From assembly GCA_905331295.1 (NCBI GenBank), contig CAJNYD010000253.1, positions 1-64,000 of the forward strand: a stretch of 64,000 bases of DNA, given 5' to 3'. Under the pieces are notes generated by a model, which saw only the letters and a list, made by a program, of their open reading frames with translations, did not search any database and was not told where the DNA came from. The translations under genes and the position numbers were made by a program. Position 1 is the first letter of the stretch, and each line of letters starts with the position of its first letter. Below are positions 13,401 to 25,673 of the stretch, one piece after another. Origin of the DNA: Rotaria socialis. Taxonomy: Eukaryota.

Positions 13401-14097
13401 AATAATGGAAATATTCATCAACAGATAAAATCGCGTGGTCGCGCGGAGGTACGCTGCAAAAAATTAAAAATCTTCTAGGTTGAGTATGACAAGAGAAGTT
13501 CAGGGAAATTTTCAAGGGCATTTAGAAAATATAAGCGCGTCTCTTCATGTGATTGATGACTGTTACAGACTGAGTATTTAATGGTCATACAACTTGTATC
13601 AGGATTTTTCCGAGTCGAACTTTGACAAATCAGGTACTACTGAAAAGATTATTAGATCAAACAGAATTTCAAGTATGCCGATTTAATTGACTTTTTATTT
13701 TAATTGCACTGCCGCGAGCCTGTATTTAAAACTTCCAGTACTCATAATCTCGGCAGACACCACGTCAACATTGAAACAGAAGTAATTATCTCTTCAGAAA
13801 AAAAGCTAAATTTAATTTGCTAATTGAATCCAAAAGAAACTAGGTGACATTTCAAAAAAACATTTTGTTTCCACTTCCCTGGATGTCAAATTTACATTTG
13901 TGAAAAATTATTTTTAGTTAATTTGTGCAAGTAATAATACGACACCATTTCGTTTCGACGAATATGGTGGTCTTGTAACTGTAATGAAAAATCCAGGTAA
14001 TTCAAATGATTTAAATTCCAGTCAAATGGCAATCAATGATCAAAATAATTCGGCATCGACAACAAATCCAACGACAGACTTTTTACTTTCGCAATAA
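10431..14097 (+). CDS. Multi-C2H2 zinc-finger protein, many exons; true 5' end uncertain
   Basis: Repeated CxxC..H..H fingers across exons, e.g. CPYCSFMAATNADLKIHMARRH, CPKCNNKFYQMEHLKRHLTSIH, CQKCPFSTTKLYHLNEHVKSEH. Stop TAA at 14095-14097. Confidence 0.8.
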
Positions 14098-15455
14098 CTG
14101 TGGATGTTCGTGTGTGTGTTTTCTTTTGCATGCATGTATATATATATATATACACATATATACATATACGTTTTTCTTATATATACTAACTAGATGTAAA
14201 CTTTTGTTGTTTCTATGTTCTACTCTTTTGGTGTTCTCTTTATTCCAACGAGCAATCCTTATAGGATTGAACTTGTGAGGAATTTAAAACGAGAGAAAAC
14301 AAAAGCGTTTTTCTCTTCCATTTTGTTTTCGTTATATTGAAAAAGAAGAAAAAGGCCGATTTCTTGTGTTCATTCGTTCGAAGTGATTATAAAAAAAAGA
14401 ATTTTGTTTCTCATTTGTTGGCATTAGAAGTAAATGCTAATGGCTACAGAAAAAGAATAAAAAAGATGATTATTAGAAGGTTAAATTTATTTCAAAAGAT
14501 TACATGTTGTTGAACAAAGTTCAACATTCATAGGATATTTACCGTGCAATTATCAATCATGTGTATCAAATGGCAGACTTTATCGTTAATGAAAATCGTC
14601 GTGGATTAAAAATAAATTTTTGAATATGAAGAGCGTATCTAGTGAGCTTGCGATTGAACACCGAGAAACTATGAAAGGACAAATTTATGCCGAGATTTCA
14701 ACATAAAAAAAAGAAAACTACGTGATGCCTTCAATTTTTAGACTTAATCATCATATCAAGTAAAACATTTCATCAGTTTTGTTTTCTAACAATAGTTTTT
14801 AATCAAAAACGGATAATTCGGATCACCATGACACAATTAGCAATTATAGAAAACGGCTGGATAGTATTGATTCACGATGATTTGAACTGGTTGCTCTCAT
14901 TTGTATATCTTAATGCATGGATACAATTGAGCACAATGAGTATTTATTTCGTTGGCAAACATTGACAATAGTTCACAAAGATAATTCATGACTTTTCTTA
15001 TTAGGAATCACAGGATGACGGCAAAAAATCTTTATCAACTTTCTTATCTCTTTAGCATGCGAAATAGAACTAAGAAATATCCTGGGCATCTTTCTAAATA
15101 ATTAACTCAGCGTAGCCAGTCATCACCTTTTCAATAAGAAATGCGATTCATTTAAATCTGTTTCCATCTTTTGTAGAACAAAAACAAATTGCTATTGTGC
15201 TAAAGTTTCCAATTAGAGAACAAACATAAATTTTATATTAAGCCTTACAGTTCTCTAGAGTTTATTATTATTATAAAAGAATAGATATGTTTCTCTTTTA
15301 ATAGAGAATTTCATATGAAGTTACTGTTTCAGGTTGAAATCAGGATTACTCAGTAAATTGATGAAAAGTCTAGTTTGTTTTTCATAAGCATAAATCGTCA
15401 TCTATATATATATATATGTAATGCGTAGTAGCGTTGCTTATGATTAAAAGAAAGG

Positions 15456-15458
<3 letters not shown>

Positions 15459-15488
<30 letters not shown>
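15459..15488. repeat. (GA)n microsatellite
   Basis: Perfect GA run upstream of the GPCR. Confidence 0.9.
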
Positions 15489-15491
<3 letters not shown>

Positions 15492-15703
15492 CATCTTTCT
15501 GTTTCTCAATTCTCCTCATATTTCCAGTCCGAGATGATCCTTTGACATGCAGCAAAAAGCTAAGTACTTCTTCTATCAGAATGCACAAAATGCTCCGATA
15601 GGATGACAACGTGATTTTTAGTTTATCTCAGCGATTTCGTCTTCTATAACCTGCCAGGTCATATTCTCTTAGTTTTAACTTAAGATTAAACTAAATCGAC
15701 ATC

Positions 15704-18700
15704 ATGTCGAACGATCTATTCAGTATTTCATGGCTTAGTGTTTTTATTGTGGTTATATTAATTGCTTTTATTGGTAATAGTATCATAATTTTGGCTATAT
15801 TACGAGATCGATCAATGCATACGTCAACGTATTTTTACATTATCAATGTTAACATAGCCGACATTCTTCTAGTGTTGAGTTGTGTACCTGAACGTGTTGC
15901 TGAAATATTTCATCCTAATGATGGATTTTATTTAGGCATGTTTACATGTAAGTATCTACAGTAAAAGTGCTACCGCGTGAATATAAAATTAGAAAAAAGA
16001 AGATTTAGGCCTAGGGTAGACATAAAATTGTTTTTTTGATATTTAAAATTTATAATAAACACCATTCGGCTATTTTCTATTAATGTATCCTTGCGTGAAA
16101 AAGTCTAGCTAAAAAGATTATTATCCTAGGAGGATAATAATCTTGTTTTTATGAAAATTTATTTTTAGCTTTTTAAGAAAAAAAAAACAAAAATGGAGCT
16201 ATTGCGTAACGTAAAGTCTAGATGAAGTCCATTGAAGAGAAAAAATTCGACAACATGATTAACTTTTTGTATCGAGGTCTGATCGCAAGGCGCAATCCCT
16301 CTATCATTTATTTTCTACATTGAATAGACTATATACATGTATATCATCGCGTTATTTTGCAGAAGACAGGATATACGCGAAGGTCATTTTCGTTATTAAC
16401 AAGTTCGATCGCTTGTAATCAAATCCATATTAAGTCAAGCGAACTGAGACAAGCCTTAGAAAAAGAAAACGCATGAAAAATTTCATCAGCTCGCACGAGA
16501 TCAATACGCATCAATCCGAAAAATATTTTCATCTAGCTCTTTTGATATTGTTTCTTTCATTTAAAGACAATTTTTATTGTCATGAATGAATATTCAGCGA
16601 TACATTTAGTCAGAAAAAAATTAATTTTTTCAATATGAATCGTCTACGAAATAGAATGTGTCACACTCGATATCTGTCGACTTAGATTTAATTATCAACG
16701 GACGAATGGTCTGCATCGAATAAAGGTGACATTAATTCATTCCGACATGAAAGTAAATATGACTCGTGTATTCTTTTCGACGATAGTTATTACAAAACAA
16801 AATCTCTTTAGCCTAATTAGTGCTCGTTAATGATGGCTTCAGGCATTTGAATACATGCTAAATCCGTGAATTAGTAGATCGTTTTTTTTATCATTGTTTA
16901 CAGTCTACAATGTACTTGAATTTAGAAAAATAATTTCATTTTGGCTCTACATATTTCCTACGTAATAAGCCGGAAAAATTTACATCCTGAAAGCTTTTTA
17001 ATAAAGCAAAGTAAAAGAATTATAAAAAGGAAAGCGCCTTTTGCTAATGACTCTTTGACGACGCACATTGTAAAGAGCATAATTTACATGTGTATAACTT
17101 AAAAATAATTCAAACGAATACCCTAGGGGTCTGGTAAGACGACTGATCTTTTAATTTTTATTTTCAAAAACAAAATCAGTCTTAGTCAAGAATAATATTT
17201 CCTGTAGACGTATGCTGATTAGTTTCGGAATAAATCATGTAAAACTAATCGACGTTATGCTGTTATATCACGATATAAATGAATCGAAAAATCTACAATT
17301 TCCGCAAAACGAACTGTACTCATCACGACCTATCTTTTTGCCAAGTTTCACATAGAAAATCAAATTTTCTATGCATCATTACGGATTGCTCTATTTCGCT
17401 AGAAGTTAACGAAGAATATGAACTGTTGTTTTGTCAATATAATCAACACTCATTTGGTACATATAAGTCCGATTGAAAAAAGAACCATTAGTCCGTTGAC
17501 GAACTTCATTTAATAATATAAGAAAGTTATTATAAATTTTCAGATTTGACATCTAGATGTATAATCGAGCTTCTTCTTTTCTCTTAGAATTCAATTTGAT
17601 TATACTACATGATATTAAATAGAAAACTAAGATAATTCGATCTGGTATCATAAAAGTCTTGAAAAATATATCTTATTCGATCTCTTAAATATTGTAAATG
17701 ATTGACTTATTTTTGTTACTACATTATAGGTTATTTACTGCCATTTCTACAACAAGTATCAGTACATGCTGCACTTGGATTTCTCTTAATATTAACTGTT
17801 CATCGTTGTTATCTGGCTGGTGTTCCACGTTGTTTACAGCGAACTTTAATTCACCGACAAATTCGTAATCATTATCAAACAATGTGTCTTATATGGATAT
17901 TTGCTATTATCATTAATCTACCATTATTTACGCTTACTACATATGAAAAAAATTCGAACGCAACAATGAACAGTACAACCAACATATCTGAATTTGTGTC
18001 TGGGCCAAGTTGTGATACAGAAGCTAGAGAACTTTGGTCGCGTACCTATTTAATTCTATTACTTGTTTTTACTTATTTAATTACTGGTTTTTTTCTTATA
18101 ATTATTTATGGTCAAGTTATAAGAATAATTCTCAACTCGAAAAAACTTGCCAATAGAATCAATTCCAACAAGCGAAATAATAACGATGAAGATTATCAAT
18201 TTGTATCACGTCAAACAACAAATCAACGAAACAATTATTTTGAAGCACCACCACGTTCATCATTATCTTCACCGCAAACAATCGCATCAAATCGTCTTCA
18301 ACAACAAAGTTCAAAATCATCATCACCCATATCCATCATGATTCCCATGGAAACAACAAATTCTCATTCAGCACAACATCTACAAGTTATTGCCATGCTG
18401 TTTGTTGTTATTTTACTCTACATTGTATTACTCTTACCATATCGTTTACTTAATTTACTTTTTATTGTTTATAATGAATTATTTCAACAGAATTTTATGA
18501 AGGAAGTTCTATTTAAATGGCTATTGAATACGGTTCGTTTACTTGTTTTTCTTAATTGCGCATTACAACCCGTAATTTATCTTATTATATCATCACGTTT
18601 AAGACAAACAGTATTGAAATTTCTTCGCTCATGTTGGCGTAGATATTATTGTCATTGGCGATGTTCATTATCAATGAGCCCTGAGCAACATCAAAAGGCT

Positions 18701-18760
18701 GATCAACGCGTTATACAAGCATATCTATGTCAAAGATATAAAAATATCAATGAACAATGA
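15704..18760 (+). CDS. Rhodopsin-like (class A) peptide GPCR, 2 exons (15704-15947, ~17730-18760)
   Basis: GN in TM1, NIAD in TM2, W in TM4, LLPY in TM6, NCALQPVIY in TM7. The ~1.8 kb intron follows the TM3 Cys codon. Confidence 0.85.
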
Positions 18761-19747
18761 ACACTTGTCGGTCATGATAATAATCTACCAGTGAATAACA
18801 TTCCAAGAATCGAGTATAAATCTTTACCAATATCATGATCACCACTTATTAATACCAATTCAACAACGAAAACTCAATTAAATGCAACATTTAAGAACTC
18901 AGCATATTTTTTCATGTAAATAATGAAGTTTATTCTTTTAAAAAATAAAAAATTTACATAGTTCTTTTGTATTCTAAAGTATAATGTTTGGTTTGTTTTT
19001 TTGATGATGAATGATTAAGAACAAAATTGACAAAACGAGAAAAATAATGAATCGAGACCAAGAAAAATCCTATTATCATAAATACAGATTACAAAAGTCA
19101 CTTGAATATTTTTTGTTGCAGCTCTAGTCGTCCCATAATTACTGTAATTTAAAGAAATTTTTTATTTATCTTGCTTATCTTTTTCGTACAATTCACGGCT
19201 GAAAAAGCCTTCTTAACTAGTTCACTGATTAGATTATAGACCGGCTCGATTTCCTCATCTATTATGCAATTTGCATAAAGAATATGAGATTGTACTAAAA
19301 CAAAAATATTCTATTACAAAAATGTCAAGCTGAAGAAGGTCAAGTTTGTTTTAATAGAAACTAATGATCTAAATGTTTATGCCAGTGTAATATTTTATTG
19401 AAAGTCATAATTCCCTATCATCGCGTAATACAATACAATTAGTGCATATGATAATTTATTGCGTATATCTAGTAATTATTGTATTCATACTTGATGTATT
19501 TCTCTTACAATACTGTCAACCAGGAATAGAACCTGCAAGACTGACCTGCACGACAATGTCTACGCTTTGACGCTTTCAGACTGCATGAAAATTGAATTTA
19601 GTCAAGGTCAATTATAGAGTTTCTTCTTCGTGTTTTTGTGAAGAATTTTTGGAAATTCAGACACTGAGATGCATCATGTGGACACTTATCTCTAATGTGA
19701 GTGCGATTTTAGTCTAGATGTTGAACAAGATTGTTAGACGCTCTGAA

Positions 19748-20431
19748 TAGTGGCGGAACCAGGATTTCACTCTATGGGGAGCTCAGCTCCAACTTAATTA
19801 TTCAAAGTCTACTTACGATAGTAAAAGCTTTTTTTTTGAAAACTATCATGTTTGAGTCAGTTTTTTGAGTCCTCATATCTTACTCAATCAATTCTTGCTC
19901 ATATATTTATAAACATATATATTTATATCAACATATGGATGGGATTCTATATTTAAATATATTTCATATCACTTAATTACATGAATACAATTCTACTATT
20001 TTTATGTTGTATGGCAAATACATCAATAATCTTTTCAAAAAATCCATGTCAAATTCTCTTTCAATAGCCAATACACTAAGATCACTAAGCCTTTCATCAC
20101 CCATCGAATTTCGAGCATAATTTTTAATCAATTTCATCCTGGAAAACGACCTTTCACATACGACGGACGACACAGGAAATGTGACAGCACCTTTGATCAA
20201 AGTGATTTATAATTGGTATCGATAGAATTACTTGAAAGACTTGCTCATAAAAAATGAAGAGAAAAAAGGTACGAAGTTCTTCTTGGTTGATTAAAAATAG
20301 GCAAACGGCTATGCTAACTTCTAGTATTTGCATTGAAATTATTTAGTAAAGAAAGTTTGACAGCCTAAATAGCGACAAAATTTTCTAGAGGGAGCGCAGC
20401 TTCCCCAAGCTCCCCTCTGGCTCCGCCACTA
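19748..20431 (-). mobile_element. Non-autonomous hAT DNA transposon (deletion derivative) retaining a C-terminal dimerisation-domain remnant
   Basis: TIRs TAGTGGCGGA(A/G)CCAG, perfect 8-bp TSD GCTCTGAA (19740-19747, 20432-20439), and internal ORF FPVSSVVCERSFSRMKLIKNYARNSMGDERLSDL. Confidence 0.93.
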
Positions 20432-20517
20432 GCTCTGAATTTAATTAGTAATCAAAAACATATAAAACAAAGCTATTCCATTTAATGGTTATCATGTGTG
20501 AAGTACTTATTACACAA

Positions 20518-20874
20518 CCCAGGTGAATGAACTGACAGTGAATCCTATCGGATCTCATGAGATCCGACAAGCCGACAAAATTCGATCAGATTCTTGGTCA
20601 TGCACCTACTAACGAATCCGACGGAAAAAAACATTTTCTTAATCACAAATGAATAAACATATGGTGCTAACAGAACACATGGGTCGAATGCTTATGTTGA
20701 ATTCCGTTAAATTCCGACACTGGCAACTATCGGATTCCAACACTAGGGTTCCGATTGTAGGTCCCACACCCGGATACCGATAGGATTTCGTCCGTTTAAT
20801 GAAATCCATACTATATTCGATAAGATTCCAACACGAATCCGATAGGATCCCACTATCGGAATCATTCTCCTGGG
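20518..20874. mobile_element. MITE with ~35 bp imperfect TIRs (CCCAGG...CCTGGG)
   Basis: CCCAGGTGAATGAACTGACAGTGAATCCTATCGG versus reverse complement of the end, CCCAGGAGAATGATTCCGATAGTGGGATCCTATCGG. AA flanks both sides. Internal ATCGGA/TCCGAT repeats. Confidence 0.8.
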
Positions 20875-21503
20875 AAGTACATAATTCTTTTTACAAGAAA
20901 ATTAATAGACAAGAAAATAATGTGTGCATCAATTTATGTGAAAGTACATCCTGCATAAATATAGACTCTAAAAGCAAGAAGGTACTTTTTAATCACAGGA
21001 ATATAATTTAGAAAGTGTGATAAATCCGAATGTATTTAATCTAATCAGATGTATTTTCATTGGCACGAGTTTTATGTTCATTAATAACCTTAGGGCCATA
21101 AAAGATTGTGGGCGAAGAATTAGAGATATTAATGCTATTCCTATGTTTAAATGCTTGTTCGTATTATAGTTAAATAAAATGAAAGATCTTTAGGATTTAT
21201 ATAGAGGATAGTAAGTTCAATTAAGAAATTGAATTAATTCTATTTCAAAACGTTTACACTCATGTTTTAGTCCATGATGATAGCAATGTTTCAAAAGTAT
21301 CATTTTTCCTTTGAAACCAGGCACGCATATTAATTCAGAATATGATGTTTGTTTTTATGTAAAAATAAACCTAGGAGAGATAATGAAATGTAATATCCGT
21401 AATTTAGAATCAAATTACCAAAAAACTTCTCTCTGTGTTCTTTAGAAAATTTTAATTCTTGAAATACGATTCTTTTTCTGGAAAAAGGCGCTCAGTACCC
21501 ATG

Positions 21504-22050
21504 CACTGCAAGTAAAAATGTGTCGAATGTGTCGTAGTTTACGACACAAAGCACGACACATTCGAGTACGACATGAGGTGCTCGTAGCGACACATTCTGT
21601 CCAGCAAGACCACGACTCATTTTTCACAACACATCCGACACATTTTCATTGGTTGTTTTTGAAACGCATATTTCGATATTTTTTTAATTTAATTGCATAT
21701 ATTTCTTTATTTTTTGAAAATTCAATCAGATCAGATCCTAAGATCTGGCTGATTTGGAAATGGTCCGATTCCTATCAGACTATCCAGTGTAATCCTTCTC
21801 GGATCATGGATCGGGATGGCAATTCCTTGATTATGAAGTAATCAAGAATTAATTTCAAGGAAAATTTTATTTCGAGAACATATCTTCCGTGCGTTCAACG
21901 ATGTTGCTTATATGTCGTTGTATGTTCATAACAAAACGGCGAATGACTAGTCGACTGACAGAACGCGACAAATATACGACACATTTTTGTAATAGAGAGC
22001 ACAACACAAAAATTCACGACACATACAGCCGACGGATTTTATTTAGTGTG
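21504..22050. mobile_element. Non-autonomous CAC...GTG element (CMC-superfamily-like)
   Basis: Imperfect TIRs with CGACACA subrepeats and a 2-bp TG duplication. Removing it restores the adjacent unit CCCATG|TGAAAAAAGG. Confidence 0.65.
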
Positions 22051-22580
22051 TGTGAAAAAAGGCGCTCAGTACCCATGTGAAAAAAGGCAAGGGGGAAAAA
22101 GCGCGACTTCATCTACTTCAAAAAAAATTTGAAGTACGATGGAAGTACATGGAAGTACAAGAGAAGTACAAGGAAGTACGAGTGAAGTACAGGGAAGTAC
22201 GAGTGAAGTCCAAGAGAAGTACAATGAACTATCTTGAACCATGAATAACTTCTCATATAAGTAACCTGGTTTTCATTTTAAGTATGTTATTATTCAGAAC
22301 TATGATATATAATACATTCTATAAGAGTTTTCGATAGATATTCTTCTATCAACCGAAACATATTTGTATTTTTCATTGCGCTAATCGAATTGATCATTTC
22401 ATCTTATTAGCTGCCAGCAGATGGTAAGAATATCACACAGGGTTCTCACCTGATGAGGTCTACAAATGGGAAAGCTGACCTTAAAAAGCGGAAAATAGCA
22501 AAAAAAAACAGAAAAAGCGGAAAAAATAGCGTAAGCTTATATTGTTGCAGATTTGTAATACTTCTGAGAATATTAGGTAA

Positions 22581-24163
22581 GGAGAAGGGCGGATTAGGCC
22601 TTTTTGCGCCCCCCCCCTCAGAATTGAATTATTTCTATCAGCGATTAATCAAGGATCGTTCTTGACCACTTTTTCAGCTTCGTTTCCCGAAAATCGACAC
22701 TGACGATTTTTGCCTGGGGTACCCCACAGGTATCATCGAAAACAAAATTTGTTTTATCACGAGCCAAAGCCTGATGTAATTGTAGATTTAATGGTACTGA
22801 TTACGAATGTACAAATAAGAAGTCTCAAAACTGCTTTGTTTCCAAAGTCGTCGTCACTACTCGTTTGACCCTATTTTTCATTGTTGGGGCCGTTATACAA
22901 TAGCATTTGTTTGTAAATTAAGTAGAAAATATATTTGCTAACCAAAAATTTTGAGCTCTTCACGAATCTGAACCTTTGATACCGAAAAATGAACCCTTTA
23001 GCAAACGACATGGCGATTCAGCGGCAAACATTGACTGTCTTTTAAATGTATAGTTTTCTCATTAGTAGTTTGCTATGAAGCGAGTCTTGCCGCAACGCCA
23101 AATTTTGATCGTAAGGGTAGTTTTTTAACCTCTATCGACTGGAGATTTCGAAAATAATAGAAAAATTGTGTAACAGTGTCAAAAGTTAAGAATACTAATA
23201 ATTTCTATAAAATTGATGTAGGGGACCACAGCCACGATTATATATGAGATCTTGAAATCAACTGATATGTAGCCCAAATCGCAGAGCTTAATCAACTGTA
23301 CATACAGTAAAAAGTTATGGATCTCAGTTCTTTCTTTCGGTTCAAAAATTGATGTGAAATTTTACCTGCTTGAAACGACTCATACATCTTTTGAAGCAAA
23401 TATGTGAGTCAAAAGAAAGAACGGAGATCCATAACTTTTTAAGTGCGTGCACAGTTCATTACGCTGCACAAGATCGATTATATATCTGTTGATTTCCCGA
23501 TCTTATACTTTTAGTAGCAGTGGGTCACTGCATCAATTTGATAGAAATTAATTGTGTTCTTACCTTTTCACCCTGTTGCACAACTTTTCTATTATTTTCG
23601 AGATCTCCAGCCGATAGAGCTTGAAAAACTACGCTTACGATCAAAATTTGACGTTGGGGCAAGACTTGCTTCATTCTCAAGATAGACAAGTATAGCGAGA
23701 AGGGGTCAAATTTTACCCCCGAAATCCCTACTTTTTTCTATAAGTTACATTTTTTCGATGTAAAAACTTAAGATTCGCAGAGAACTCAAAATTACCAGTT
23801 AGAGGAAATCATTTTGCACTAAAGTTTATCGTTTCGTTATTCTATGAGGGTCCAAACAATGAAAAATAGGGTCAAGCGTGTGGTTCAGGTTTTATAAGGA
23901 ATAAAGGAATTTTCGGAGCTTTTATTGTGATATTCGTAATCAGCCCCATTAAATCTACAATTACATCAAGATTTGGCTCGTGATAAAACAAATTTTGTTT
24001 TCGATGATACCTGTGGGGTACCCCAGGCAAAAAGATCGTCAATGTCGATTTTCCAGAAACAAAGTTGAAAAAAGTAATCAAGAATGATCCCTGATTAATA
24101 TCTGATAGAAATAATTCAAATCTGAAGGGGGTAGTTGCAAAACGGTCTTATACGCCCTTCTCC
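22581..24163. mobile_element. Foldback element: ~1.6 kb imperfect palindrome
   Basis: Ends GGAGAAGGGCG/CGCCCTTCTCC. 22581-22900 mirrors 23840-24163 and 23075-23345 mirrors 23405-23675. Centre ~23375. Confidence 0.9.
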
Positions 24164-24464
24164 TCTTATCGAAAAGAATTTATTTCTCAAAAACATATTT
24201 TCTACCAAAAAACAAATTGTGTAAAAAATTCTTAAAAACCGACGTCAGATTCGAGTTCCCCGATCTCGAGAACCTTCGGTCAAACGTTACCGAAATTAAT
24301 ACTTTCTCAAAAAAAATATATTTTAATCAAAAAAGCATCTGGTAAAAACTATCTAAAAATTGATGCCGGATTCAAGTTATCCAACCTCGACAACCAACAG
24401 ACAAGCTGATTCCAGCAGCTATACTAAACATTTCGTGAAGCTGTTGCATCTAGTTTTCTATTGG

Positions 24465-24640
24465 ATGGAAGTACATGGAAGTACGTGGAAGTACACGGAA
24501 GTACAATGGAAGTACAAGGAAGTACAAGGGGAGTACAAGGAAGTACAAGGGGAGTACAATGAAGTACGAAGGAGTACGAGGGAGTACGAAGGAAGTACAT
24601 GGAAGTACAAGAGAAGTACAGGGGAGTACAAAGGAAGTGC
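24465..24640 (+). repeat. GAAGTAC/GGAGTAC 10-11 bp tandem array (second copy at 22130-22225)
   Basis: Directly visible. It generates the spurious low-complexity ORFs at 24360-24711. Confidence 0.9.
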
Positions 24641-25630
24641 GGAAGTTCGGAAGTCGCGCTTTTTCCCCCTTGGAAAAAAAGGTGAAAAAAACAACCTTTA
24701 AGTACGTTTAATATTAATAAAGTAAAATAAATTAACTTTTTTCACTAGCTTCACTTTTTATAGTACCTATTTCGATTTTTTCAACTTTTCAAAGTACTTA
24801 ATAGTGCCTTTTGTCCTACAAAGTTTATTTTATTAATTTTTACACTTTTGGAAGTACTTCATGATACTTTTTACTTTTCAAGAAGCAAGTTTAAGTACTT
24901 TTTGGCCTCTAAAGTTTATTTTATTACTTTCTATACTTTTCGAAGTACTTTATATTATTTCTAGCGTTTCAAGAAGTATTTAATATTAACTTCTGTGGGT
25001 GTGGGGGTAAGTGTGAAGACTAAATCCACACCCTGACAAGCATATGCATAATGTACATGAATATTAACAAGAAATAATTAGAATAACATAAACTATTTAT
25101 AATGCTTCTATAAAAGTCAATGATTATTTCATTAATGTGTAAAATTTATCGAATTCTCATTCAGTTCCCTTTATTTTCCTAAAATGCTATTTATGAGTTT
25201 GCCATAAACAATTTTTTCTTTTTCTTTTTCTGTTGATATCAAACAATTTATGTAACAAAAAAAAGAAAAGGAAAAAGGAATTTTTATCATCATGTAAGAC
25301 AAAAAAGGATATATGTCAAACATGAAAAAAAAACGAATTGACGAATAAAGAAAAGGATTTAATAGATATTTCCTGCATTGATCAGTTTTTCATTTCACTG
25401 AGATAATAGTCCAATGAACTAAAATCTTGAAGCATTTGTTATCGTAACTCTTCCATTTGTATGAATAGTTGAAAAGATGAATTCTACAAATATAAAAATT
25501 CAAAAAATTAATACTCGAAAATAAACATGTATATATGTATCTTTTACTTCTTTTCAGACATTATTTTATTCTTGTAAACAACCTTAAGAACTACTCAATA
25601 ATAATAATATGAACGATAAAAAGACTGAGA

Positions 25631-25669
<39 letters not shown>

Positions 25670-25673
25670 GTAC

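Larger units (their letters stand above)
22088..24672. mobile_element. Non-autonomous TIR element (Mutator-like) with GAAGTAC tandem repeats; contains further nested elements
   Basis: Perfect 23-bp TIR CAAGGGGGAAAAAGCGCGACTTC. Flanks GAAAAAAGG / GAAAAAAAGG form a ~9-bp TSD with one homopolymer slip. Confidence 0.85.

Noticed and set aside
13428..13725. Possible TIR pair overlapping a splice donor of the zinc-finger gene
   Set aside because: Similarity between the ends is too weak and no TSD was found.
16010..17127. CCTAGGGTA...TACCCTAGG inverted pair in the GPCR intron
   Set aside because: Only 9 bp match cleanly. Probably old TE debris, but boundaries cannot be supported.
21481..22087. Direct repeat GAAAAAGGCGCTCAGTACCCATG as a CRISPR repeat or LTR
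   Set aside because: Only two copies, separated by an inserted TIR element. Eukaryotic context, no cas or RT genes.
24360..24711. Overlapping ORFs with KYKGSTR/EVQGEY repeats
   Set aside because: Translations of the GAAGTAC tandem array inside a transposon, not genes.
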